A DNA stretch of 43,687 nt from Asterionella formosa (GCA_002256025.1 NKIB01014413.1:1-43687); one strand, 5' to 3'. Counted from the stretch's first letter, positions 12,289 to 25,098 are shown. The notes: generated by a model from the sequence alone, not told the origin. Program-made: numbers and translations.

Positions 12289-12423
12289 AACCAACAATGG
12301 GAAAGCAAGCTGTGGAAATAATGATTTTTGCCTGTTGCAACTGCAATGACAGTTGCACAATATGAATTGCTCAGCCAGTACAATCAATGCCCCCTTTGTA
12401 CAGCAATTCCATTTCAAATTCAA
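10885..12423 (-). pseudogene. Degenerate coding-like or TE-like remnant, unassigned
   Basis: Minus-strand stretches read as protein-like but are broken by stops and frameshifts (e.g. KYLKQLARKRREEQKLR, NELRTTTGQFDDLEKAWKQLLDRMKPMISLLEYL). No family was recognised. Confidence 0.3.
12247..12285. repeat. (AAC)13 microsatellite
   Basis: Perfect trinucleotide run, read directly from the sequence. Confidence 0.95.
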
Positions 12424-13111
12424 ATATGTTGTATTTATTGTCCATACATGAGATTAGAAAGAAAGATTTGAACAAGTGATGTCATCCTTGTTGACGAAGA
12501 TGATGAGTGCTGGTATATTCATTGACAAGGAGACAGCTAGTACAAAAGCACGGTCTGTATATAAAATATATATATACATGTATAAAAATATACCACTACC
12601 GGTAACTTGATGGAGTCTACGTCATTTCTTGAAAAGCCTCAGCATGTTCCTACTTCATACCGGTATACTACCAGTATAATCATACCGGCATCTTTACCGG
12701 TATTATTCTTGAATATCATAAATCATTCCGGTACTGGCAGCTTCTTGTTGTACCTCTCCGCCCGTTGCTTCAGTGGAAGGGAGATCATCTAATAGCAGCT
12801 GTCAGCTATTGAGTCGCTCGCTCATCAGTCGGATGTTGTGTTGAGAAACCACCATCATTCCATTGAGTTGATCATTTCCTTTCTTTCCCTCTGAGAGCTG
12901 TCATTCCAAACGAAGCGGCGCATTTGTTCAACGATCAGATCAGATTCGAGTCGTTGGAGCCGCGGTCACTCGTGGCTACAGTAGCGGTCGTAAATTAGTC
13001 GTGCTCCGACTTCGGGCGCGGTCGTGACTCCGGCAGCACTGCTTCCCGGTGCTTGTAGAACAGATCCCGCCTCGCAAAATCTGGACAAAATAACCCGAGC
13101 ACTCCACAGCC

Positions 13112-15493
13112 ATGGCTAATGCGCTGCCAACCGAAGCCAATATCAAGCTAGCCGCATTGCTCCGAGAATGCGCCGGGCACATTGAACAGAACGAGTTCCA
13201 CCCGTCCGTCTACAAGGCGCTCGGGGGCTTGCATGAATACGCCGCCGCGTTTCAATCCAGCAGCAATAGTTCCACTCCTACTTCCAAGCAAATGGATGAG
13301 GCAGTCAACTCACAGGCGGCGCCGCCTGCAGACGTCAAGGTTGTCAAGCCGCAAGTGCACGAGGTTGCAGTGACTAAGCCGTATGTCACGCCGGGGGGAA
13401 TAGGGTCAGGATTGGGGGCTCTGGGAAGCAAATTTAAAAAGGGGCTCGGGCTGTCGTCATCGTCGACCCCGGGAGTGATCGACTCTGCCAATCGTCAGGC
13501 CACATCCACCAAGAACGCCGATCGCATCAAGGCCGACTTGGCAGCCACCAGCGTTCATTCCTCAACCCCTGTTGTGACGACTCATCACGAAGAATGGTGT
13601 GAAACTCACTTTGTCATGGGCTGTGCTTGCAAATTCCGCCAGCCGGGGTCCGTTAATTGGCCCACCAGCAATGTCGTCGCACCACCCGCAACGACTGCTA
13701 TGACGAGACCTGCCTTTTCGAGACCAAGTAATCCCAATACGAATCTCATTGCCAACGGATGGATCGAACAACAGCGAAGGTCCAAAATGCGCATCGTATG
13801 GAAAGATATACTGGCATCACTCGTAGAAGGGAGGAAGCCGGGAGAAGAAACGACACTGTGGATTCAACGGGAAATTTCGAACCCAACCACTGGAAAAATA
13901 GAATTGGAGGCATTGCATCAAATACCTGTCAAGTGGTTGGAAGATGTCAAGTTTTTAGACTTTTATGGAGATCATCGATTCAGCATCAAAGTTTACAATG
14001 TCGCGGATGAATTTCTATTCAAATGTGTAAATGAAGATGCCGCGCAAAATTGGGTACTTACTTTGCTTTCAATCAAGGAGATTGTCAACAACAAGGTAAA
14101 CAATAAGATGGTGGACGACCGACCAGCTAGTGATTTTTCCTTTGGATCCACCGCTACTACTCCTGTTGCAGCAGCAACTACTACTACTACAGCAGCGGCG
14201 CCGGCAGCAATGGCAGATACTGACTCACCTCCATACAAAATGTCAATCAAGGAACTCCGTGCCCTTGCTAATGGAGCTGGGATCAATACGACTGGGATGG
14301 AACGATCGGATTTAGAAAAGGCAGTTTCCGAAATCTCGAATGGAAATGGGGAGAGACAGCAGCAAGATGCAGAGCAAAGGAAGCGTCAAATGGACGAGGA
14401 TGAAATCATGCGCCGACAATTGGAAGAACAGCAGAGGCAACGTGTAGCGGCAGCTGTTACTTCAAATGTCCGTAAGGCTGCAGAAGAAGCAGATGCAAAA
14501 CGATTGGCGGAGCGACAAGCAGCAGAACGGCAAAAAGCAGAAGAAGAGCAGCGACGTGTTTGGCAGCAGCAAGTAGAGCAACGTAAACGTCAAGAAGACG
14601 CTGTCCGAGCGGAAGCAGTCAGACAAGAAGCAGCCAGACAAGAAGCAGCCAGGCAGGAGGCAGCGAGGCAACAAGTCGCTCGTGACGAAGCTGCAAGGCA
14701 ACAAGCAGCACGTGAGGAAGCGGCGAGGCAACAGGCGGCACGTGATGAAGCTGCACGGCAACAAGCCGCCCGCGAAGAAGCGGCACAGCGGGAAGCCTAT
14801 GCGAAGCAACAATGGGCGCAACAGCAGGCAGCGCAACAAGCTTATGCAGCGCAACAGCAACAATGGGCACAACAGCAGGCAGCAGCTCAGGCACAAGCAC
14901 GTGCGGCTCAACAGCAGGCCTGGCAAGCTCAGCAGCAACAACAACAACAACAACAACAATATCGCGCACAGCAGCCCGACAAGTTTCCACCAGCTGGGGT
15001 AACACCACCACAACCAGCACCTCCACCACCGAAACCACCAAACAGTGGTTCAAGCGCTTCCTCTGTCAATCAGAAGTACGCAAACATGGCAAATGGAGGG
15101 GACATAGATGGGCAAGCGACTATTGCCCATGTCAAACGAAACATTTTAATTCACTGGGCCCTACAGCCACCCATGCTGCAATCGCTCCGGCCAATTCATC
15201 TACTTTTGTCGTCGGTTCACACTGTCTTTCCTCCTGCCTTTGGAGTTCCAGGGCATGCATACTTTGGGAAGTGGAAGGCAGTTACTGCTGCCGATCTCGG
15301 AGGGGCAAATCCTGATGAAGAGAAGCTTAAAAAAGCAGTCAGACAACTTCGATTCTTTTTGCACCCGGACAAGTTGCCGAAGGATTTGAGCGAAGAGCAG
15401 ACCTTTATGTGTAAAATGCTTTGGGATGTTGCCAATGATTCGTGGGAGGAGCATCATAAAAAGAAGGAGGATTTGGATTGGATAAAGCACTAA
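13112..15493 (+). CDS. 793-aa auxilin-like J-domain protein with a PH-like domain, a short SAP/HeH-like motif and an EAARQQAAR helical repeat
   Basis: C-terminal LLSSVHTVF...WK.VT.ADL...LKKAVRQLRFFLHPDKLP is an auxilin-type J domain with HPD. GWIEQQ...FLFKCVNEDAAQNWVLTL is PH-like. MSIKELRALA..AGINTTGMERSDLEKAV is SAP/HeH-like. Q/A-rich 10-aa repeats and poly-Pro are present. Confidence 0.85.
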   Translation: MANALPTEANIKLAALLRECAGHIEQNEFHPSVYKALGGLHEYAAAFQSSSNSSTPTSKQMDEAVNSQAAPPADVKVVKPQVHEVAVTKPYVTPGGIGSGLGALGSKFKKGLGLSSSSTPGVIDSANRQATSTKNADRIKADLAATSVHSSTPVVTTHHEEWCETHFVMGCACKFRQPGSVNWPTSNVVAPPATTAMTRPAFSRPSNPNTNLIANGWIEQQRRSKMRIVWKDILASLVEGRKPGEETTLWIQREISNPTTGKIELEALHQIPVKWLEDVKFLDFYGDHRFSIKVYNVADEFLFKCVNEDAAQNWVLTLLSIKEIVNNKVNNKMVDDRPASDFSFGSTATTPVAAATTTTTAAAPAAMADTDSPPYKMSIKELRALANGAGINTTGMERSDLEKAVSEISNGNGERQQQDAEQRKRQMDEDEIMRRQLEEQQRQRVAAAVTSNVRKAAEEADAKRLAERQAAERQKAEEEQRRVWQQQVEQRKRQEDAVRAEAVRQEAARQEAARQEAARQQVARDEAARQQAAREEAARQQAARDEAARQQAAREEAAQREAYAKQQWAQQQAAQQAYAAQQQQWAQQQAAAQAQARAAQQQAWQAQQQQQQQQQQYRAQQPDKFPPAGVTPPQPAPPPPKPPNSGSSASSVNQKYANMANGGDIDGQATIAHVKRNILIHWALQPPMLQSLRPIHLLLSSVHTVFPPAFGVPGHAYFGKWKAVTAADLGGANPDEEKLKKAVRQLRFFLHPDKLPKDLSEEQTFMCKMLWDVANDSWEEHHKKKEDLDWIKH

Positions 15494-15673
15494 CTTTTAT
15501 GTCACGAAGTAAATATTTTTTGAGTTCATATTTAGATAGGTTACGTCCTGGGCCGCACAACAAGTTTTGCATTAGTCTTTGTTCGGTGTGACCCCAAAGG
15601 AGGAACGGTGTAGAGAATCTGTTAAAATATTGAATATCTATTGTCGTGACTTAGCAAGCTTTTCAGGATCCCT

Positions 15674-17445
15674 TTACAACTTGAGCCAGACACCCGATGT
15701 GCATTTAAAGCCAGACCCAAATGCCACTTGCATGATGCGATCTCCCTTTTTAATTGGATTTGTTTTCTGATGTTCATGAATATACTCCAATTCATACCAA
15801 ATTGATGACGAACTAGTATTTCCATAATTCAACAATGCCATACGAGAAGGTTCCGTATGATAGAGTTCCAACTTCATATTCTTTTCAATACCATCAATGA
15901 CTGCCCGTCCCCCAGCGTGGATGCAGAAATGATCGATACCTTGCTTGAAATCTGGAACATACGGTTTAACTGTTGGCAACTTAAGTGCCAAATCTTCTCT
16001 CTTGTGGTTCTTGAGAGTACGGGCCAAAATCTTGAGAACATATCGTGTTACAATGGAGACAACCACTTTTGCTTGTTCTGTGATGGGCAAAACCAGGGGG
16101 CCCAACATTGTCATGTTCTTTTCCATGCATTTACCCGCCACTTTGACAATTTCTTTCGAAAGGCGAACACCGCGCTCGCCATTCTCATCTTCTGTTTCAA
16201 AGACGCATTGGTACGCGTCTTCACCGGTACCTTGTACGCGAACGGTGTGGAGTAGTTTGTACCATGCCCTTCTTCCGTCCATCCAAGAGTTGCTCAATAC
16301 AATGGCGGCGCCACCACATCGGAATAGAGTATTTTGAATCAAGAATGCTCGATCATTTCCATGATATAGGTTGGGAGTGATAACTTCCGTTGACACGACC
16401 AAAGCCTTGCTGGCCCCACGCTTGGCCTGCAGTAGCTGCTTAGCGAGTTCCACCGAAATGAGCGATGCCGAACATCCCATGCCCGATAGATTGTAGGTTT
16501 TGATATCTGATCGCATTCCAAACTTGGAAGCTACCAGAGCGCAGAGGGATGGTGTTGGTGAAAACAACGAACAGTTAATAACCAAAACGTCAATATCTTT
16601 TGGGTGGCAGTTGGCTTTCTTCAAAGCCTGTTCAACAATGTCAAAAACAACGATCTTCGCTTCTTCTCGCGACGCTTCCATGGAACGGTCCGCTTTTTTC
16701 GACTTATCCTTGAGCGATCGCACGATGCCTGGTGGCCACGCTGTAGCTTGTCCAGTTCCAGACCTCTCCAAAATGCGCTTCATGAAATTCAGTGAATCTT
16801 GAGTGAAACACTCTTGACGGCGCATCATTTCCACAATATCATCGTGACTGCACTTCCAGTCGTCGGGTGCCTTGAAGGTTGCGAAGCTCATAAGGTAAAT
16901 GGGGCTGTCCATTCGAATCCACCAGCCGCAGACGAACAAAGCAAGTGCTGTGCCCTTGACGGCTGGCGAGAACAGCGCAAATCCGTGTGAGTCGTAAATG
17001 GTCATTGCGAATCCCAGGATGAGGTCTTTAATGGCCAGAAGGACTGATTTGATAGTTTCCAACGAAAATTGGAGCCCCCCAGGCTCGGCTGCGTGGTCGA
17101 TCTCCATGGAAGTGACCACTTGTCGAACGATTTGCGCCACCAAGACGACGAGGCCGAACATCATGAGCTGAGGCGCGTGTGTTCCAAGAACATGAGTCCA
17201 GTTGATCATGCTTCGGAGGGAGGTGTGAGTGAGAGTGACTGCAATGCGGAGAGATCGATGCTGTATGTGATACGATTGCTGGCAGGCCATCCCACTTACC
17301 CAATCAGCGAAGACTTTCGCACTCGGTATTCCTTCTTTGGCTCGTCGCCCGCCTGGCTGAAGTCAGATTCACTTCCAGATCGACGAATGGTTTCACCAGC
17401 CGCTCGGCCTGCTCCGGCTGATGCAGGTTGTGACTGGGGTGCCAT
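15674..17445 (-). CDS. KCS: FAE1/KCS-type very-long-chain 3-ketoacyl-CoA synthase, two exons, ~560 aa
   Basis: Catalytic motifs NLSGMGCSAS, HFCIHAGGRAVID and YGNTSSSSIWYEL, plus FSPTPSL and AFGSGFKC. N-terminal hydrophobic segments. Exon 1 is 17445-17300 (MAPQSQ...KSSLIG). Intron 17299-17211 has GTAAGT donor, CTCAC branch and AAG acceptor. Exon 2 (17210-15674) is in frame. Confidence 0.95.
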
Positions 17446-17978
17446 TGTTGCTGGTGGTTGGATCGTCGGATTTGGTGGACTGAGAGTGGAAAAAGTTAGA
17501 CTTGATTGTGACGACGGTGAAGGCGCCCGATGCACAAATAGTGAACAGTCCAGAGTTTGGTTTCGAGGCGACGTGCGTTTCTCGATGGTGTCGACGTTGT
17601 TTGTTGGCAGCAAGAAAGTAGACAAAACAAAAAACTAATTAAATTTATATAGCCATAATAATTTTTGTGACTGCCGGAGCGGTAGGTACCTGGTAATAGA
17701 AATCCAAGTCTACATGAGTCCTGATTGAAGGTGAAGAAAACACGTCATCACGTAAAAGAGGAATCTAATTAAAAGGAATCTTAGAGGGTCAATCTCAACA
17801 GTGATACAAATTATTTTTTGTTGTATCTTCAGAAAAAAATGAATCTTTACAGAGATTCATTTTACAAATATATCTCTGTAATGGTGCAAACATGTGCATC
17901 AGACTCAGCAAAAATAGTTGCAATGTGTGCTTCAATTATTCAACGTGGCTGACCATTGTTATCAATAGTGTAACAACA

Positions 17979-19485
17979 ATGACAAATAGACCAGAAGAAC
18001 CAGACAGTTGGGATTTAATTGACAATCTTGATATAGAAGCGGAACAACAGAGCGTTTTGTTAATTGCAGCAGTTGCATTATCATTTTTGGAGTCCTATGA
18101 ATGAAACTCAAAGCCAGTGCGAATTCCAAAATGGGTGCATCAATGAATTGACTGGAATGAGCATGTCACAAAGCTTCTTCATGAGAATAGATTTCATCGT
18201 GAATATCGCATGTCTCTTGAAGCTTTCAATCAACTACTGGAACTCCTTCGACCTTCCATCACAGTTAGTGCTGTTAAATCAAAAATGCAAGTTCTGGTTT
18301 ATACCGCTCAAATCAGCATGATGTTTATCCTGAGTTGATCCTTGCCATCAGACTTCGCTGGCTTGCAGGCGGAAACCTCATAGACATTCATCATGTCTAT
18401 GGATTTTCTTATCCATCTGTTTATGCCATCACTAAAACATTCCTTGATGCAGTGAACTCCTGCACAGCATTATCAATAAAATTCCCTACAACAAACAAGG
18501 AGAAACAAACAGTGATGAATGAATTCCTTGAAAAAAGCGAGCAGCAACTATTTCGTAGGTGCATTGGTGCTATAGATGGATATTTACAGCCTATTTCTAA
18601 ACCAAGAAAAAAAGGATTGTGATGGCTTCTCTCAAGCATATTGGTCTGGGCATTATATGTCTTATGGATTAAATGTTCAAGCTGTTTGCGACAGCAATTG
18701 TTGTTTCCTATACTTTGGTGTCATGACAGCACCATGAAAATGTACAGATCAGAAGGCATTCGAAAGAACAAAATTTTTTCAGATTGTATCCAACCTTCGT
18801 CCTGGACAATACATAGTAGGTGATGCTACTTACACATTGACTTATCAAGCGCTCTGTCCATTTGTTGGAAGTCAAAGGGAATCAACAAATAAAGATGCAT
18901 AAAACTATTTCCTTTCACAACTCCGCATTAGAATTGAGATGACTTTTGGATTGCTCACCAATAAATGGAGGATAAAACTCAACCTTCTTCCAGGAAAATA
19001 CATAGTAGATGATGCTGCTTACACATTGACTAATCAAGTGCTCTGTCCATTTGTTGGAAGTCAAAGGGAATCAACAAACAAAGATGCATACAGCTATTTC
19101 CTTTCACAACTCGCTCCGCATTAGAATTGAGATGACGTTTGGATTGCTCACCAATAAATGGAGGATCCTGAGGACATCCTTGTCCTTCAGGATGAAGGAA
19201 TCACTTGAAATTATTTCTGCTTGTGCCCGCTTACACAATTTTTGCCTACTCATGGATGATGATAAAAAGAAAGAACTTTCTAATGGTTTTGAATTTCTGA
19301 ATACTTTAGAGCTTGTTGATCCAATGCCCAATGCTCCTCTTGGGTGGGCTTATCTTCCAACTGTCAGGAAGTTGGATTTAGTACAAGATAATTCACAGAT
19401 TCGGCAAATTTTTTCTTGATGTTGTCACCAACAATGGGTTTAGGCGACCTCCGGCTAATGTGTTGCACCAACGGCGTGAACTGAT
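17979..19485 (+). pseudogene. Harbinger DDE transposase (DDE_Tnp_4/HARBI1-like), frameshifted; last codons displaced to 31161-31181
   Basis: YRMSLEAFNQLL, LRWLAGG, CIGAIDG (first Asp), GLNVQAVCD, GDATY/DDAAY (second Asp), RIRIEMTFGLL (Glu) and LHNFC. Several stops and frameshifts. Confidence 0.92.
18791..19166 (+). repeat. ~185-bp tandem duplication inside the Harbinger transposase
   Basis: 18791-18973 closely matches 18980-19166 (CAACCTT...GGATTGCTCACCAATAAATGGAGGAT). Confidence 0.95.
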
Positions 19486-19600
19486 CGTCTGCAAATAAAA
19501 AGTATCATGCATATAGGATCAAGGGTATTGTACGCTAAGTGGCACAGGATTTTCGTATACATGATAATTTTTGGATCAAAACTATGATCAAGGTATCCTA

Positions 19601-19716
19601 TAACTATGATGATTTATTAATATTTTACCGACCTTGAAGTGTAATGATAATAAGAACATAACTATGATGATTTATTAATATTTTACCGACCTTGAAGTGT
19701 AATGATAATAAGAACA
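19601..19716. repeat. Perfect 58-bp tandem duplication in the subterminal region
   Basis: TAACTATGATGATTTATTAATATTTTACCGACCTTGAAGTGTAATGATAATAAGAACA occurs twice in tandem. Confidence 0.97.
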
Positions 19717-21552
19717 TTATCATCACACAATGTATAACAACTGATCAACAACATTTCTCATGAATATCATAAACCTTCTCATTCTATTTTCAATTCTCAT
19801 GATCGCCCAATGTAAATTATTACTACAACGCATCCTAAAATCAGCTCAACTCTATGCTATCATGTGAATTGTTTCATCGTAAATCTATCTTAAACATGAT
19901 CATAATTCTAATCACAGGCATTGTTTAAAATAGATTGGAACGGATCGAAATTTAAAAATGATATTTCTGTGTTGACAGCTACCTGAGGAATGTTTCTCTC
20001 CTCTTCCACTCGTCTCAATGTATATTATTCCTGTCTCGCCCTCTTTTCCTCTTTTCTGAATCTTGTGCCAAGCAATGCCTTACTAATATTGCGTCTCTCT
20101 CCCTGCTATTAGTGTCATTCTGAACTCGCCGACTATTCCGTTGTTTGATCGGTTTTATTGTCCTATGATGCAGTTACAGTAACAATGAGAAGGAATGACT
20201 TGTTAGCTAGACATGTTACACTGACACAACATCACGCCATTCCATCGTATCCTCTTGCTTGCTTCACTTACCACAAATCAAAGCAAATGAGGAGGCATAA
20301 GTCTGTAATAGTAAATTGTCAGTAAATTCTTGAATAAGTAAGTTTCAGGTTGCTTTCCAATGTTGCCAAATAAAACTTACCGATTCATTTTCGTTAGCTT
20401 AACTTTGAGAGAAGGTAATGGTGCGTGTCTGTCAGTTATGTTCCATCAGAAGTGAATACTAGGTCCAACGACAAGAGCACTTACCGATTTTGTTTGTTTT
20501 ACATTGGTGCTCCCCAACAAGCAAAACGAGCTGTTGATTCAACTGAGAAAAAAGTAAATGTGCATTTAGTTTACAATTTGTTGTTTTCCTGCCTCCCAAC
20601 GATTATCATCCAAGTACCACGCACATTGATGGCTTCATTACCTTAAACATACTCCATCCTTCGAAGGCGCAATGTGTCGAAGGCACAATGTTTTTCGTCA
20701 TTGCGTAAACTTTTCCTTATTTGTCATGTGCTTTACTCCGATGTTTCTTTTCATGAAGCAGGCATTGTTTGTTAACATGACAGAACGATTTCAAATATAT
20801 TTGCCATGTATATAGTTTTAAATTTGTAAATATATAAATATATCAAGTGTCGTACATTTATAAATATCAAAGGCACTCTCAATATGGAACGTCTGGTAGC
20901 CATTGTTGAGATGATCATATTCGCATATAGATAATTCGAAAATATTCAATGCACAATATGTCCATTGTTTTTCAAGACTTCGTGTACCGATACTGTTTTT
21001 TGAAATTTGTTTGCATCAATATTTTCTACGTCCATTGGAACTAATTATTTACCGGCAGATCATTAAATGGTGTAAGTCATAACCCATTTGTATCATTATT
21101 TATATGCAAGGATTTTGGTAGCAAATTGTTTAAGCCACTTTTTTGGGCGGGAGTTCTTCATGTGTACTGGTACATCATATGACAATAACATTTTATCATA
21201 TATATACCACAGAGTACCAGTAGCAGGTAGGAAGTGATATACTGGGGGTACCAGGTAGTCAGAGTACCAGGTAGTAAGCAAGCAACAGAACATCATATGT
21301 TCTGGACTGTTGCTACTACAGTGGGACAGTAAATCATCATAGTTTCAGGATCATATAATTGTATAATTAAAAACAAGATCTGCTATTACTCAAACTTGGT
21401 TCTGATTTTGTATATGATAATGTAAATAGCACTGTTGGTCGTAAAATAATATATGTAGTGGCTGATGATTCATTTCATTGTAGCTAGCAACACCTGATTT
21501 TAAGATCATCGAACTTTAAGGAAGACAACGACAACAGTTATCTAGCAGTACA

Positions 21553-22800
21553 ATGTCTTCAAAAAAACCATAAAGATGTTCACCGAAACAAGCGACATGT
21601 GGCAGATACTGCCGGTATGGAACAAAGAAGCAAGTACCAAAATGAGTTAACAGAGAAAAAGTGAATAGGCGATTGTCCAAAGGAACCCAATCAGCGACAG
21701 GGAGTTAGTGGTGGTGCTACCCCATCGTCGATGGAGACACCATCAGCTACTACTACAAAGGTTTTGTCGTGATTTGATTCAAAACTCGTCTATATGAGGT
21801 TATCAAGAATCTTCAATTTCAGCAGCCTTATCAGAACATCGTTCCCGCTTGGCTAAAATTGAACCATCAATTGTCACAAAGGTTGTGAGTTTTATTTTCA
21901 AGACCAAGAAGTTTTGCTGCGGCTATACACAGTGAAACCAGATTTATGCAAAAAATTGGAGAGTGACCCAGAGCTTGCCGACTTCAAATGGAATGGTTCT
22001 GATGCACTACTTCCGATGAATCAGACCATTGAACATACCAACAAGGCATGTTTAGATTACATCAAATTAACAATTGGTGGCATGCGCATTAAATTGAATA
22101 ATTAATTTAAAGGAATCTTAGGTAAGTTCTTGCAGGGAGATGCTCTGAAAGCATGATGTTTTGAGTCGGTGATTATTTTCTTATCAAATATGTTTCAATT
22201 CAAAAATGCTAACATAATTCATGACACACCAGCTGGTCTAACAGAATATAGCTAACTTCCAGACTATGGATATTGATGACTTTAATAGGTGGGCGTTCAC
22301 GCTTTATCGTTTTGCGCAGTCAAAGGACATTGACATGGGAAGCCAAGGATACCAAGTCTGGCGTGATGTTCTTGCTCCAGTGTATTTTATAGGCAGGACA
22401 AGCCATGGAGAACCATTTTTAACAGGAGACAAATCTGGTGTGACCAAGCCAAATTTCAACTGAGTCCTCGGGCACAGTGTGAATTGCAATCACGTTTTGT
22501 TGGTTCGCTGATCAATGCCAGTACAGAAGCCTTTTGCTTCTTGGTGCTGAAAGGAAAATTCCGATTGCAAAAAAAATATTTGGGTTTCAATCCAGATACG
22601 CAGGAAATTTCAGAGAACGATATTCGTCATTCTACTAATTATGTCGACATTGGTGGGAAACCACTTATCAAAAAAAGTGTGAGGGAAGAAAAGTTCAGTT
22701 TCAAATGGTCTCACTGATCATTGGACTGATGATTTACTCGTTTATTATACGGAAATCTACACTGGACTTTCACAAAAGAATCGATCTGATTATAGAAGGA
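21553..22800 (+). pseudogene. Decayed accessory gene of the Plavaka-like element
   Basis: Collinear plus-strand ORF fragments (21914-22105, 22266-22463, 22484-22717) follow an ATG at 21553. The STEAFCFLVLK segment recalls the SDEAFxLLxLEN-like motif I associate with accessory ORFs of such elements. Confidence 0.5.
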
Positions 22801-23311
22801 ATCCTAGTGGAATTGCTACTTCCACAATAAAAATCATCTACCCACACTCATACTTATCATTTCCCAACGTAAGTGAAGAGGATATGCATCAATATGTTGA
22901 ACCACTTCAACCAAATGTTCCTGAGAAGAATATTGATTACAATGACCGCAGAAGTTAATCGACGGGACATTGATGACGATGTTGATTTTGAATGGATCTA
23001 ATAGAATCCAATGCATACTTAGTAGTTACATAATAATTATAGTTACTAGTGTGAGACTTCAAGAATGCAAGCCATATCATAGATGATAGAAAAACATTGA
23101 TTCTTCTCTATACTACTATTACTATTAGTGCCGCCTGTACTACATTTAGCGGTATACCTCCATTTTTACTACTATGGTGGAGTGATAATTTCAAAACTCT
23201 GTATTTTCCAGCACAGCATGTTCGAAGTGGCGCTCAATTTATTATAGTATATTAATTCATTTTCATTCTATCCTTTTCATATCCTGACTTGTTCATCATT
23301 TGCAATTTGCA

Positions 23312-24457
23312 ATGTCTTTGCGCACATTGCAATGGTGTTTTCTGTGTAACTACAAATTTCGGAAGAACAAACCCCCATCTGAGTCTCACAACCGAAATTG
23401 TAGCAACCGTGTTTTCTATGCATATGGTCACTGTCGACATTGCATGCAAGAACATCAAGTTCCTGTAATACATAATGAAACTATGTATTGCGGTAGTGCA
23501 TCGAATCATTCAATGAAAAAATTTAATGATGGCAGTGTAACTGCTACAGCATTTAGGGAGAGTAGACAACAAGAAGAGATTATGTGTCCTTTCCTTCAAT
23601 CAAGTGGCCACAATCATCCATTTCATGACGACAGCGATGATTCAGTTTATAACAATATTTAGTCACAACAAGACGAACAATTGAGACTAAAAACTGTCCA
23701 AGGGTTGAATTCAGAAACCATGCAATATTCAGATTTCCAAGATCACACCGGCTTTCTCCCTGAAAATGCAATGGAAATGCCCCTTCCCATTCCTCCACAA
23801 TTTCAACTTCCAAGTAAACATTCTCTAAAAATGCGCGCATCCAATCGAATTAGAACTCATGTTATTCCTTAACAAGAAATACCTTGCTTCCTCCCCTTCA
23901 CTTTGATCATCTAATGAAATGGCTGTTCAAGGCAAAAGCAATGAAATATTTTGATTGAAGGTATCAAGCTCCATTCTACCAGACTTTGAAGAAACGCATG
24001 GATATTTCATTTCCACCAACATTAGCTGGTGGTCAACTGTTGACCAAACAAATAAAGATGGATAAAAATTCAAACATGATCATCCCACGCACACTCCATT
24101 ATTTCGAACCAGTACAGCTCATGGCAGAATTGTTACATGATTCCGATGATATCATGCAACATTTTGTATGTCACCCACAAGTGAAACTTACAACTTGTGG
24201 AGAACGCATATATGACGAAGTAACTTCTGCGACTTGATTTGAAAATGCATTCAACAATTCTCCTGCATCAGAAAATGGAGTGTTGAAGCCAAGACAGGGT
24301 TTTTATTTGTTGCCGTAGCAGTTTTCAGTGATGGGATGGTTCACCTATTGATAAACAAATGAAACATTCCGAGCATCCGTTTTTGTTGACAATGTTAAAC
24401 TTAACGTTAGAAGGAAGGAAAAAAAGTTGATGGATGCATGGCAATTGGTATCTCTTT
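23312..24457 (+). pseudogene. 5' part of a Plavaka-type transposase with a Cys/His-rich N-terminus, truncated at 24457
   Basis: YFEPVQLMAELLHD...HFVCHPQ...GERIYDEVTSAT*FE, AVFSDG (first catalytic Asp) and KHSEHPFLLTMLNL..EGRKK follow the Plavaka motif order (ERVYxEMxTGDWW...ILxSDxT...PVYLTIGN). Upstream CxxC..H..C..CxxC segment at 23312-23662. Confidence 0.7.
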
Positions 24458-25098
24458 CGTCTGCAAATAAAAACTATCATATTTCCATGATGCATATTCT
24501 GATCATAATATTTCGTTATATCATCTAATAATTTTGATAAATGCCTTTGTAATTTAAATAGTATCCCTTTAACTACATATATTTAATTATTATATGTATT
24601 GTTTCTATTTGATTCCTGTATTCGAATTTCTTGGTAGGAAAATGTACCAGTTCAAGTAATGTAATTTGGCTCGTCATTTCCATCCGTCATCACTTCGATT
24701 TTTGAAACAACAACAAAATACTACTAGCGATGACAAGTGGAATGAATGTTTGCGATAACTTCTTCAATTTGTTAGTCAAGTGATCATTATGTCTTTGAGT
24801 ATTCGTCATGTGCAGTGAACCTTTGTTCATAGTCATTCAATTAAGAGTTTACAGGAGAGAAGAAATCATTCGAACTTGTAATGGTTCCGCACGCAGCGCA
24901 CAAAGTATATCCGTTTCGTCGACTTCAGCATGACAATTTCGTCAATCAACCCGCCAAAAACAATCACATTCTACTTGTTCTTGTTGACATTTTCAATTCT
25001 CACATGATACTACATCTACTATTGAGATTCAGCATAGAAGGAGATACGAAAATGTAACAGACTACTGTCCACATAGCTATAGTTATAGAATAATTCTG
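24458..25098 (-). repeat. Inverted ~640-bp copy of the Plavaka-like right end (partner 30519-31160)
   Basis: Begins CGTCTGCAAATAAAAACTATCATATTTCCATGATGCAT and aligns in reverse complement along its whole length. For example, 25023-25078 is the reverse complement of 30544-30599. Confidence 0.95.

Noticed and set aside
11716..12423. 235-aa membrane protein with poly-Val
   Set aside because: The poly-Val comes from the (AAC)13 microsatellite. The ORF has a non-ATG start and no recognisable domain.
14462..15315. Overlapping or antisense ORFs of 106-183 aa
   Set aside because: These are shadows of the Q/A-rich repeat in the 793-aa gene. The same applies to the His/Gln-rich alternative frames within the PT-repeat gene.
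17069..17638. 189-aa plus-strand ORF
   Set aside because: It is antisense to KCS exon 1, intron and 5' region, and has no recognisable motifs.
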